From the NCBI GenBank assembly GCA_963827235.1, contig CAWHAE010000016.1:416001-480000 (forward strand): 64,000 nt of DNA, read 5' to 3'. The translations under genes were made by a program, and so were the position numbers. Under the pieces are notes generated by a model. The model searched no databases. It was not told the origin of the DNA and saw only the letters and a program-made list of their open reading frames with translations. The stretch's first letter is position 1. The number at the start of each line of letters is the position of its first letter. This document shows, piece by piece, positions 11,757 through 19,990 of the stretch. Origin of the DNA: an uncultured bacterium (GTDB taxonomy: Bacteria > Chloroflexota > UBA5177 > JANWHV01).

Positions 11757-11850
11757 TGCGCCATCCTGGGCTGGACAGCGAGCCACGACCGGGGACCCGG
11801 CTCTGCCATGCCAAGCCGCCGGGGTGGCAGGAGGTTGAGAGGATCGCCCA

Positions 11851-12438
11851 ATGTTGTCAATTGTCGTGAGTCTGCCGGATGGCTTGACACACCTTAATTG
11901 GGTTGACTATCTGTTCTTGGTCGTGTTGGTGTACTCAGTGCTGTCTGGCGCCTGGATCGGGTTCTTCGCCGAATGCGTGTCGCTGGCCGGAGTAGCGGCA
12001 GGCACGGTCGTGGCCGGCCTTACGTATCACGACGCCGGCAAGCTGCTGGCCAACGTGGGCGTCCCCGAGGACGCCCGCGACTGGGCGGGCTTTGTCGCCG
12101 TGTTCGTCGTCGTCTCCCTGGTATTCAGACTATGTTCCGTCAAGGCCCACAGGCTGTCGGCGGTGATGGTGCCCGGCCGATCTAATCAGTTGGCTGGGGG
12201 GCTCGTCGGAGTGATCGCCGGCGCCATGATTTGCCTGTTCGCCCTCGTCACGGTGGCCTATTTCCAGGTGGGCAAGGTCGTCGATCCGCTGTACGATTCC
12301 CAGATCGCCCAGCACTCAAAGGGCCTGGTGCAGGAGTTCGTCACGCTGCTCCCTGCGAAAATGCACAAAGTGCCTTGGCCCTGCGAGACGAACAGCCAGA
12401 CAATCTTTTACGGCACATGCTACATCGAGACCAGTTGA
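11851..12438 (+). CDS. cvpA: CvpA family membrane protein
   Basis: LNWVDYLFLVVL...GAWIGFFAE..SLAG, several TM helices, NQLAGGLVGVIAG, C-terminal SQIA pattern. Confidence 0.75.
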   Translation: MLSIVVSLPDGLTHLNWVDYLFLVVLVYSVLSGAWIGFFAECVSLAGVAAGTVVAGLTYHDAGKLLANVGVPEDARDWAGFVAVFVVVSLVFRLCSVKAHRLSAVMVPGRSNQLAGGLVGVIAGAMICLFALVTVAYFQVGKVVDPLYDSQIAQHSKGLVQEFVTLLPAKMHKVPWPCETNSQTIFYGTCYIETS

Positions 12439-12495
12439 TGCGCCTTGCGTAGCACGAGATCGGCGGTATTCCACCGTCTCAAAAGGCTCATCCTC

Positions 12496-12524
12496 TAGAC
12501 AGGCCACCTGAGGAAGAGTAAACT
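12496..12524 (+). promoter_or_regulatory. Sigma70-type promoter TAGACA-N17-TAAACT
   Basis: Near-consensus hexamers with a 17-bp spacer, upstream of the ORF at 12565. Confidence 0.55.
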
Positions 12525-12564
12525 GGCTCCAGCCTTTGGGAATTGAAAACCATGGGAGGACGAG

Positions 12565-12774
12565 ATGGCATTCGCGTACACCAACAAGAAGGGCCAGACC
12601 TATTATCTGCACGAGCAGCTCGTCACGCTCAGGGGTAACAACCGCCGTCAACCGATCTTCTTCTTCGCGCGGCAGCAGAGGGACGGCGTGCTCGAGGCAG
12701 TCCCGGATGGGTGGGAGGTGAAGGAGACACCGAGTTCCGGGATGCCCGTCCTAAAGAGAGTCGCCGTTCAGTAG
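12565..12774 (+). CDS. Small hypothetical protein (69 aa)
   Basis: Strong SD GGGAGG, its own candidate promoter, and a protein-like sequence MAFAYTNKKGQTYYLHEQLVTLRG...IFFFAR. Confidence 0.8.
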   Translation: MAFAYTNKKGQTYYLHEQLVTLRGNNRRQPIFFFARQQRDGVLEAVPDGWEVKETPSSGMPVLKRVAVQ

Positions 12775-12786
12775 CAGGCGACTGCG

Positions 12787-13893
12787 TCATTTCTCTTCGT
12801 GGCTGAGGGTCGCCGCGCGCCGGGTGCGCGGCGACCCTTCCTTGTCACTGGCTTGTATGCCCGTGCGGCCTGACCGTTCATGGGGACGGCTGCTCTGCTC
12901 GTCCCGCGCTGCCAGACGAGAAAGCAGATCGTCCATGGCTGTGCGGGGATTCTTGTCCTCGAAGAGCACGGCGCAGACCTCGTTGGTGATCGGCAGCTCC
13001 ACGCCCATGCGCGCTGCCAGTATCTGGGCAGCCGGGGCGGTGCGCACACCCTCGGCAACCATGGTCATTCCCGCGAGCACGTCCTCGAGCCGGCCACCGC
13101 GGCCGATCAGCTCACCGACATGATGGTTCCGGCTGAGCGGGCTGACACAGGTGGCGAAGAGGTCGCCATAGCCGCTCAGGCCGGCAAATGTCAGCGGATC
13201 GGCACCGCACGCCTTGCCGAGGCGCGCGATCTCTGCCATACCTCTGGTCACGATTCCGGCTTTGCCGTTGGTGCCCATGCCCAGTCCGTCGCATATGCCA
13301 GCGGCAAGGGCGATCACGTTCTTTAGCGCGCCGCCCAGCTCAACGCCAATCGTGTCCTCCGAAGTGTAGAGACGAAAGTGCCGCGTGCCAATGCGAGCCG
13401 CGCACTTGGCGGCGACGGCGCCATCTGGACAGGCAAGTACGGCCGCGGCAGGAAGCGCTGATGCGATCTCTCGCGCAAGGTTGGGGCCCGAGAGCACGCA
13501 GAGGTCAGGAAGCGGTCCCAGCTCCGAACGGATCACCTCGGAGATGCGCAGCCCGGTGCCCAGCTCGAGGCCCTTGACTGCGCTCACGATCGTCTGTGCC
13601 GCGCCGATACGCGATTTCAATGCTCGGCACGTCGCCCGTACGTGCTCACTGGGCACCGCAAGCAAGACATAGGCAGACCTACCGGCGGAAGCGTAACCGT
13701 CTACGACAGCCAACGAAGCTGGCACGGGGACCCCCGGCAGCGATGCCGTATTCTCCCCGGTGTCCACGATTCGCGAGGCCCGGTCCGGATCGCGGGCGCA
13801 GAGCACGGTACGCCGCCCACTATTCGCTTCGAGGATGGCGAGCGTGGTTCCCCAGTTGCCAGTGCCTATCACGCAGACGTCGAAGGAGGCCAT
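12787..13893 (-). CDS. gpsA: NAD(P)H-dependent glycerol-3-phosphate dehydrogenase
   Basis: VIGTGNWGTTLA, LSGPNLARE, GVELGGALKNVIA, GLSGYGDL..TC.S..SRN, VAEGV. Start trimmed to ATG 13893. Confidence 0.95.
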   Translation of the reverse strand: MASFDVCVIGTGNWGTTLAILEANSGRRTVLCARDPDRASRIVDTGENTASLPGVPVPASLAVVDGYASAGRSAYVLLAVPSEHVRATCRALKSRIGAAQTIVSAVKGLELGTGLRISEVIRSELGPLPDLCVLSGPNLAREIASALPAAAVLACPDGAVAAKCAARIGTRHFRLYTSEDTIGVELGGALKNVIALAAGICDGLGMGTNGKAGIVTRGMAEIARLGKACGADPLTFAGLSGYGDLFATCVSPLSRNHHVGELIGRGGRLEDVLAGMTMVAEGVRTAPAAQILAARMGVELPITNEVCAVLFEDKNPRTAMDDLLSRLAARDEQSSRPHERSGRTGIQASDKEGSPRTRRAATLSHEEK

Positions 13894-13949
13894 GCTCTCG
13901 CCACTAGACATGCGCCGAACCGGCAGGCCGGCAGGCAAGCCTCGGGCGC

Positions 13950-14576
13950 TCAGCCGACATGCTGTGCCGGTTGTCCAATCTTGCGTTCCGTGCCCGCCAG
14001 CAAGCGCTGAATATTGTCGGAATGTCGGAAAATGATCAGCAGCGCTCCAGTAATGGTGTACATGAGCACCCACGGAGAGTATAACCCGATGATCACCAGC
14101 GGGATGGCGGCCAGCATGGCAATCACGGTGCCGATCAGCACGCCGAACGACACCATTCTGCTGACGGCGATCAGGGTCACTCCGATACAGGTAGCTATCA
14201 GTGCCGCAGGCCAGCAGAGCACGAAGAAGATGGCGAAGCTCACGAGCACACCTCGGCCGCCCCGGAACCCAGCGTAGACCGGCCAGTTATGGCCCACGGC
14301 AGCGGCAAGTCCGGCCAGCGCCGCGGCAGCGGCACTGCCGGCAATCACGTGCGCGATCAGGATAGCCAGCAATCCCTTCCCCATGTCGCACAGGACGACC
14401 AGCACGGCCGGTGCAATGCCCAGGGTGCGCAAGGCGTTGGTCGCTCCCGTTTTGCCGCTGCCGAATTCGCGCAGATCGACGCCCTTGACGATCTTGCCCA
14501 CTACCAGCCCGCTTGGAAAGGCGCCGAGCAGATAACCGATCAGGATCGCCAGCACGTATGGAGCAACAGCGCTCAC
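13950..14576 (-). CDS. plsY: Acyl-phosphate:glycerol-3-phosphate acyltransferase
   Basis: GYLLGAFPSG, DLREFGSGKTGATNALR, DMGKG, GHNWPVY..FRGGRGV, RHSDNIQRLLAGTE. Confidence 0.95.
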   Translation of the reverse strand: MSAVAPYVLAILIGYLLGAFPSGLVVGKIVKGVDLREFGSGKTGATNALRTLGIAPAVLVVLCDMGKGLLAILIAHVIAGSAAAAALAGLAAAVGHNWPVYAGFRGGRGVLVSFAIFFVLCWPAALIATCIGVTLIAVSRMVSFGVLIGTVIAMLAAIPLVIIGLYSPWVLMYTITGALLIIFRHSDNIQRLLAGTERKIGQPAQHVG

Positions 14577-14616
14577 TCAATCACCACCCGTTTCCTGCGC
14601 GACCCTCGCCGACAGG

Positions 14617-16110
14617 CTATGTCTCCGACCGCGGCCGTTTCGCACGCCCCGCATCACCAGGCCTATCGACCCGCTGATCCCCGTGGCCGGGGGTAGTCTT
14701 TCTGTCTACCCGCGGCGTGCCGATGGCCTGAGCCGCCTTTCGCGCTCCACTCGGGCCGGTGGCATGCAGTCTGCCCGAACCTTCCGACGGCGCCTCCCTA
14801 GAGGACCTGAAACGCAATCGCAGCGCAGTCCCCGTGAACTCGAAGCGCTCGCGAAGCTGGTTTTCAAGAAAGCGCTGATAGGAGAAATGCACGAGCTCCG
14901 GATCGTTGACGAAGAACACGAAGCTTGGCGGGTCCACCCCGACCTGCGTGACGTAGCGCAGCCTCAGCATCTTTCCGCCGTGACTCGTCGGCTGGTGGGC
15001 CTGCAACGCGTCCTGCACCACTCGATTCAGCTCAGCTGTCGGCACGCGCTTCCCCCTCACGTCCTTCACCTCGAGCGCAAGGTCAAGTATGCGTCGCACG
15101 CGCTGCCTCGTCAACGCCGACGTGTAGAGCATGGGCGCGTCGTGCACGAAATGGAGCTCCCGATGGATCTTCTTCGTGTACTCAATCACCGATCGATCGT
15201 CCTTCGGCACCACGAGGTCCCACTTGTTTACGACGATGACGAGCCCCTTGCCCGCGTCCCAGACATAGCCTGCGATGTGCGCGTCCTGCGCCGCGATCGG
15301 CTCAGTGGCGTCGATTACCAGCACTGCCACGTCCGAGCGGCCTATTGCGCGCATCGCTCGCATGACGCTGTAGCGCTCCACACCTCCCTCGATGTGACCG
15401 CGCTTGCGGATACCGGCGGTGTCCACCAAGATCAAGCTCCGGTCGCCATGCGATACCACGGTGTCTGTGGAGTCGCGGGTTGTGCCAGGCACGTCGGAGA
15501 CCAGCGCGCGATCCTCCTGCAATATGGCGTTCAGCAAGCTGGACTTGCCCACGTTCGGCCGGCCCACAAGAGTGATGCGCGGACGCTCGTCGGGTTGCGG
15601 CTCGTCCACCTTGGGCAGGTGCTCGGCGATTGCGTCCAGCAGGTCGCCGGTATTGAGGCCGTTGAGGCCCGATATCGGGATGGGCTCGCCGAGACCGAGC
15701 GCGAAGAACTCGGCGGCGTCCAGCCGGCGAGTCTCATTCTCTGCCTTGGTCGCGGCGACGACGATAGGGTTCTTTGCCGCCCGAAGCTGATCGGCGACGT
15801 CATGGTCCATTGCCGTGAGACCGGAGCGCGCATCCACCATAAGCACGATTACGTCCGCCTCTTCGATGGCCATCTCGGCCTGCCGCCTGATATCGCGAGA
15901 CATGTCGCTCGTCGAAGCGAAGTCTATGCCTCCGGTGTCGACTACCATAAACGGCTTGTCGTTCCAGATGGCGGCGCCGTATACCCTGTCCCTCGTCGTA
16001 CCCGGCTCGTCCTCCACTATTGCCTGTGGGCGCCCGACCAGCCGGTTGAAGAGCGTAGATTTGCCAACGTTGGGGCGGCCGACCAGGGCCACGATAGGTA
16101 GACCGTTCAT
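14617..16110 (-). CDS. der: Ribosome biogenesis GTPase Der (EngA)
   Basis: Two tandem G domains (GRPNVGKS twice, DTGG and DTAG, GTTRD twice) and a C-terminal KH-like domain. Confidence 0.97.
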   Translation of the reverse strand: MNGLPIVALVGRPNVGKSTLFNRLVGRPQAIVEDEPGTTRDRVYGAAIWNDKPFMVVDTGGIDFASTSDMSRDIRRQAEMAIEEADVIVLMVDARSGLTAMDHDVADQLRAAKNPIVVAATKAENETRRLDAAEFFALGLGEPIPISGLNGLNTGDLLDAIAEHLPKVDEPQPDERPRITLVGRPNVGKSSLLNAILQEDRALVSDVPGTTRDSTDTVVSHGDRSLILVDTAGIRKRGHIEGGVERYSVMRAMRAIGRSDVAVLVIDATEPIAAQDAHIAGYVWDAGKGLVIVVNKWDLVVPKDDRSVIEYTKKIHRELHFVHDAPMLYTSALTRQRVRRILDLALEVKDVRGKRVPTAELNRVVQDALQAHQPTSHGGKMLRLRYVTQVGVDPPSFVFFVNDPELVHFSYQRFLENQLRERFEFTGTALRLRFRSSREAPSEGSGRLHATGPSGARKAAQAIGTPRVDRKTTPGHGDQRVDRPGDAGRAKRPRSET

Positions 16111-17459
16111 GCTACGAGCCTCACTATGTCGCTAATGCTCTGCGCAAGCAACAGCGGGCGCTGCAGCCGGCTCTCCAGCATGTCAATCGTCATGTCATCG
16201 AGCGTCATCCGACCGGCGCGATCGAACATGACGCGAGGCACGACCACGGTGTCTCCAAGGTGCTCGCTATTCAAACGCCCCACAAGATCCATGCCGCTGA
16301 TCAATCCGGACACGGTGACTTCCGAGCCAAATAGCCGATTCTCGACAGGAACAATATCTACCTTCAGATTCTCTACCTCGTTGAGCCTTCGCGCAATGCC
16401 ATGCATGACCGGAGCAATCAGCTGTCCACAGGTCATGGTCAGGTGGCGTGGTCGGTCCAACCTCGCCGGGAGACGCCGCCTCACCCTGTGCCACTCGTCT
16501 ACGAGCACACGCACCATGCCCACACCGTTCTCGAGCTGAGAAAGGTCCGAGTAGTGTGCTCTCCCGGGCACACGGAGTCCAGCAAGCAGGTAGAGCTCAT
16601 CCGAGAGATAGACGATTGGCTCTCCGTGCAACGACTTGTTTCGCTGCTGGTACGGCTTGAGCGTGTGGACTACCCTTGCCGCCTCTTCGCCCCGGAACCG
16701 GCGCAGGGGATTCTTGGCAGACGCCGTCCGCTCGGTGCGTATGCGTGTCAGCCCGACGGGTACGACAGCAATCGAGCGCACCGCGGGGTAACGCCCGAGA
16801 AGCTCCTCCACGCTCGTGAGAAGATCGTCGCCGTCGTTGATTCCCGGGCACAGCACGAGCTGCGTGTGCACGACGATGCCCAGCGACGCCAGCCTGTAAA
16901 GCTGCTCACGTATGTCAGGAGCGTGTCGATTGCCCAGCAGCCGCCGTCTCAGATCCGGGTCGGTGCTGTGCACGGAGATGTACAGCGGAGAGAGGCGCTG
17001 CTCGCCGATGCGCGACCAGTCGGCTTCCGAGATATTAGTCAGCGTCACGAAGCTGGCGTTCAGGAACGAAAAGCGGTAGTCGTCGTCCTTGATGTGAAGC
17101 GAGGCGCGCATACCCTTGGGAAGCTGCGTCACGAAGCAGAACGGGCAGTGATTATTGCACTCGGAGATGTCCTCGAGCGTGAGCTCCGGTAGCTGGAGGC
17201 CCAAGTCCGCGTCGGGATGCTTCCGCATGCGCACGGCTCTCACGTCGCCCGCTCGCTGCACCTGGAGCAGCAACCGGTCCTCCGCGCCGTAGAAGCGGTA
17301 ATCAATGGGATCGCGCAGCGGATGGCCATTGATCGATAGCAGTATATCGCCGGCCCGAATGCCTGCCTCCTGCGCGAGACTGTTCGGCACTACGGCCAGC
17401 ACGGTGCCCGGGTGCTCAACCCGCACGGTCCGTGGGTCGACGAGGGGAACAAGAGACAT
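16107..17459 (-). CDS. DUF512 family putative radical SAM/Fe-S protein with N-terminal PDZ-like domain
   Basis: CNNHCPFCFVTQLPKGMR, KDDDYRFSF, VLCPGINDG, VVPVGLT, QLENGVGM; ATGA overlap with der. Confidence 0.9.
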   Translation of the reverse strand: MSLVPLVDPRTVRVEHPGTVLAVVPNSLAQEAGIRAGDILLSINGHPLRDPIDYRFYGAEDRLLLQVQRAGDVRAVRMRKHPDADLGLQLPELTLEDISECNNHCPFCFVTQLPKGMRASLHIKDDDYRFSFLNASFVTLTNISEADWSRIGEQRLSPLYISVHSTDPDLRRRLLGNRHAPDIREQLYRLASLGIVVHTQLVLCPGINDGDDLLTSVEELLGRYPAVRSIAVVPVGLTRIRTERTASAKNPLRRFRGEEAARVVHTLKPYQQRNKSLHGEPIVYLSDELYLLAGLRVPGRAHYSDLSQLENGVGMVRVLVDEWHRVRRRLPARLDRPRHLTMTCGQLIAPVMHGIARRLNEVENLKVDIVPVENRLFGSEVTVSGLISGMDLVGRLNSEHLGDTVVVPRVMFDRAGRMTLDDMTIDMLESRLQRPLLLAQSISDIVRLVA

Positions 17460-17630
17460 GCTTACACGCGACCCATTATCCTGTTATGCTGGGATCAGAT
17501 GAAAACGCGCCCGCGAGGGCACTATTGATGGCCCGTCACGAGGCGCCACTGCATAGTATACCAGTCGGGGCTCGCAAATCGATTGGCAGTCGGGTGTGCG
17601 GCGCGGGAGTCCCGCGAGGAGGGTTGAAGG

Positions 17631-17831
17631 GTGCTCAGGGGGTTCATGGGTCAGTTGGTGGGAGTGGTGTCCATTCCGCTGTGGCTGGCCAGCTCAGTAT
17701 ACTTTATGTCACGCGCAGCCGACCCTACGGCCACCGACACCGGCAATTGGTTCGCCGCCTTCGTGATCGTCACCGTCTTGTTCGTCGGCATCATGTCCTT
17801 TTGGAACAGGGTCTTCCGCCTGGAAGCGTAG
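17631..17831 (+). CDS. Small membrane protein, hypothetical (66 aa, 2 TM)
   Basis: SD GAGGAGG before GTG; two hydrophobic segments; fills the gap between DUF512 and plsC. Confidence 0.6.
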   Translation: MLRGFMGQLVGVVSIPLWLASSVYFMSRAADPTATDTGNWFAAFVIVTVLFVGIMSFWNRVFRLEA

Positions 17832-17834
17832 GGC

Positions 17835-18497
17835 TCATTCCTCCTCGGCATAGATGCCGTGATATTCGGGCGGAAGCAGCTCGACGATCCTTCGCATGAG
17901 GAGGCCCGTCGCGTGCTTCTTGCCGGCGCCACGGCTGCCCTTCTCCAGGTAGATGGGCTCTCCCACGTTGACGTGGATGTCGGGACGCCCGCCGGGTAGT
18001 CCGAGCAAGGTCGCCGGCAGACTCTTGAACCTCAGGTGCTCGCTCCCCGAGATACCTACCGGGAGAATGGGTGAGTTTGTGCGCGTTGCCAATAGCACGG
18101 CGCCCGCTCGGGCTGCTTGGGCGCCCGTAGTCTTGCTGCGGTGCCCTTCAGGGAACATCATCACGACCTCGCCCTGTCGCAGCAGTTCCTCGGCCCGCCG
18201 TATGGCACCGCGATCGACTTCACCCCGGCGAATGGGAAACGTGCCGGCATTGTGGAGATACCAGGCGAACGGCTTGAACCTGAACAATTCCTCCTTGGCC
18301 ATGAAATAGAGCTGGCGGGGGAACAGAACGCCGAGAAGCCAGGGATCCATCCAGCAGAGATGGTTGCAGGCGAGCACGACGCCTCCGGTCGCGGGCATAC
18401 GTCTCGCGTTCGTCACGTGCAGCCGCGCAATGGCGGTGTAGAGAACGCGCAACGGGGCGCGGTGGTGATCGTAGAACCGATTTGTCTGGGCGCTCAT
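17835..18497 (-). CDS. plsC: 1-acyl-sn-glycerol-3-phosphate acyltransferase
   Basis: NHLCWMD (HxxxxD), FMAKEELF, FPIRRG, MFPEGHRS; ATGA overlap with cmk. Confidence 0.92.
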   Translation of the reverse strand: MSAQTNRFYDHHRAPLRVLYTAIARLHVTNARRMPATGGVVLACNHLCWMDPWLLGVLFPRQLYFMAKEELFRFKPFAWYLHNAGTFPIRRGEVDRGAIRRAEELLRQGEVVMMFPEGHRSKTTGAQAARAGAVLLATRTNSPILPVGISGSEHLRFKSLPATLLGLPGGRPDIHVNVGEPIYLEKGSRGAGKKHATGLLMRRIVELLPPEYHGIYAEEE

Positions 18498-19192
18498 GGA
18501 ATCTTCTCCGCCAGGTGCTCGCGCACGATGCCGAGCACAAGGTCTACCGCGCGGTCCAGCTCGTAGCCCGTCGTATCGATCAGAATGGCGTCCTCGGCGG
18601 GACGAAGCGGAGATATGGGTCTCTCAGAATCAAGCTTGTCACGCCGCTTGAGGTCTGCCAGTGTCGCCTCGTACGTCACGTCAAGGCCGGATGCCTGTTG
18701 CTCCTGAAAGCGGCGGCGGGCCCGATCCTCGACGCTGGCCGACAGGTAGATCTTCACTTCCGCGTCCCGAGCCACGACTGTACCGATGTCTCGTCCGACC
18801 ATCACCGTGGAGTGCGTCCGGCGGATGCGGCGCTGCTGCGCCACCATCGTCTCTCGCACCTCGCGATAGCTCGATATGAGCGACACGTTCTTGTCCACCA
18901 GCGGACTACGCAACCGGCTCGTGATGTCGACGCCGTCCGCCAGGAGGGGCGGATTCACCTGTTCTGCGGTGGCAAGGGTCGGGAAGCTAAACTCGACCGA
19001 TCGTGCAACCGCCACGACTCCGGCCTCGTCTGCCGGATCAATGGCTCGGTCGAGCACGAGGCTTGTCACAGCGCGATACATCGCCCCGGTATCCAGGTAC
19101 ATGTATCCCAGCGCGATCGCCAGGTGGCTCCCGATCGTCGACTTGCCCGACGCCACGGGCCCGTCGATGGCCACGCACACGCTCCGTTCCAC
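18494..19192 (-). CDS. cmk: Cytidylate kinase
   Basis: VAIDGPVASGKST, YLDTGAMYRA, VMVGRDIGTVV, RRDKLDSER; start placed at GTG 19192 after AGGAGAGGGAG. Confidence 0.95.
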   Translation of the reverse strand: MERSVCVAIDGPVASGKSTIGSHLAIALGYMYLDTGAMYRAVTSLVLDRAIDPADEAGVVAVARSVEFSFPTLATAEQVNPPLLADGVDITSRLRSPLVDKNVSLISSYREVRETMVAQQRRIRRTHSTVMVGRDIGTVVARDAEVKIYLSASVEDRARRRFQEQQASGLDVTYEATLADLKRRDKLDSERPISPLRPAEDAILIDTTGYELDRAVDLVLGIVREHLAEKIP

Positions 19193-19985
19193 CGGTCGCG
19201 CTCTCCCTCTCCTCGCTCCGCTCAAGCTTCTTCCCGCCGGCCCGCGGGATCGCGGCGGATGGGCGTCTGCCGCCTCGTTGCGCGATCAATGCTCCCACCT
19301 CGCGGCCATCGAGATTCCGCCACTGCCCCAGCGCAAGCCATCCCAGCATGATCCCGCCAATTCGCCGCCGAACCAGCCGGCGCACGCGTATGCCGGCAAA
19401 GGTGCAGATCATGCGCACCTCGCGCTTCCTGCCCTCGAGCATCACAATGGTCAGCACATTGGACAGACCGTCCTGGCTGGATAGACGCACGTGCTGCGGT
19501 CGAGCCAGCTTGCCATCCAACATGATACCGTCCCGTAGTCTCTCCAGGTCGTCTTCTGTCAACGAACCGGCCACGCGGACTTCGTACTCGCGCTCCACCT
19601 GGTAGCGAGGATGCGCCACCTGTTCGGCCCAGGCGCCGTCAGTCGTCATCAGCAACAGCCCCTCGGTCTCGCGGTCCAGTCTCCCTACCGAGAACAGGCC
19701 CGGTATGTCGGGCACCAGCTCATAGACCGTCGGCCGGCCTTCGGGATCGTGACGCGTCGTCACGTAGCCGGCAGGCTTGTTCAGCATGATGTAGCTGTGC
19801 TTCTCTGCCTGGAAAACCGGATGGCCGTCCACGGCCACCTCGTCGACGTCCGGATCGGCCCGCGCGCCGAGCTCGGCTACGACACGGCCGTTCACGGTCA
19901 CGCGACCGTCAAGGATGAGTGACTCAGATGCCCGGCGCGAGGCGATGCCGCCCCGCGCCAATATCTTCTGCAGTCGTTCTTCCAT
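19038..19985 (-). CDS. rluB: rRNA pseudouridine synthase (RluB/RsuA family); true 3' end probably near 19222
   Basis: MEERLQKILARGGIASRR (S4 domain), LNKPAGYVTT, VGRLDRETEGLLL, EGRKREVR. As given, the tail overlaps cmk by about 155 nt. Confidence 0.88.
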   Translation of the reverse strand: MEERLQKILARGGIASRRASESLILDGRVTVNGRVVAELGARADPDVDEVAVDGHPVFQAEKHSYIMLNKPAGYVTTRHDPEGRPTVYELVPDIPGLFSVGRLDRETEGLLLMTTDGAWAEQVAHPRYQVEREYEVRVAGSLTEDDLERLRDGIMLDGKLARPQHVRLSSQDGLSNVLTIVMLEGRKREVRMICTFAGIRVRRLVRRRIGGIMLGWLALGQWRNLDGREVGALIAQRGGRRPSAAIPRAGGKKLERSEERESATGGTERVRGHRRARGVGQVDDREPPGDRAGIHVPGYRGDVSRCDKPRARPSH

Positions 19986-19990
19986 GCTTC

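Noticed and set aside
14683-16101. 472-aa ORF antisense to der, and similar long antisense ORFs (50030-51502, 51108-52160, 52516-54060, 33587-34606, 387-1106)
   Set aside because: Shadow ORFs expected from high-GC codon bias; they show no motifs and lie opposite well-supported genes.
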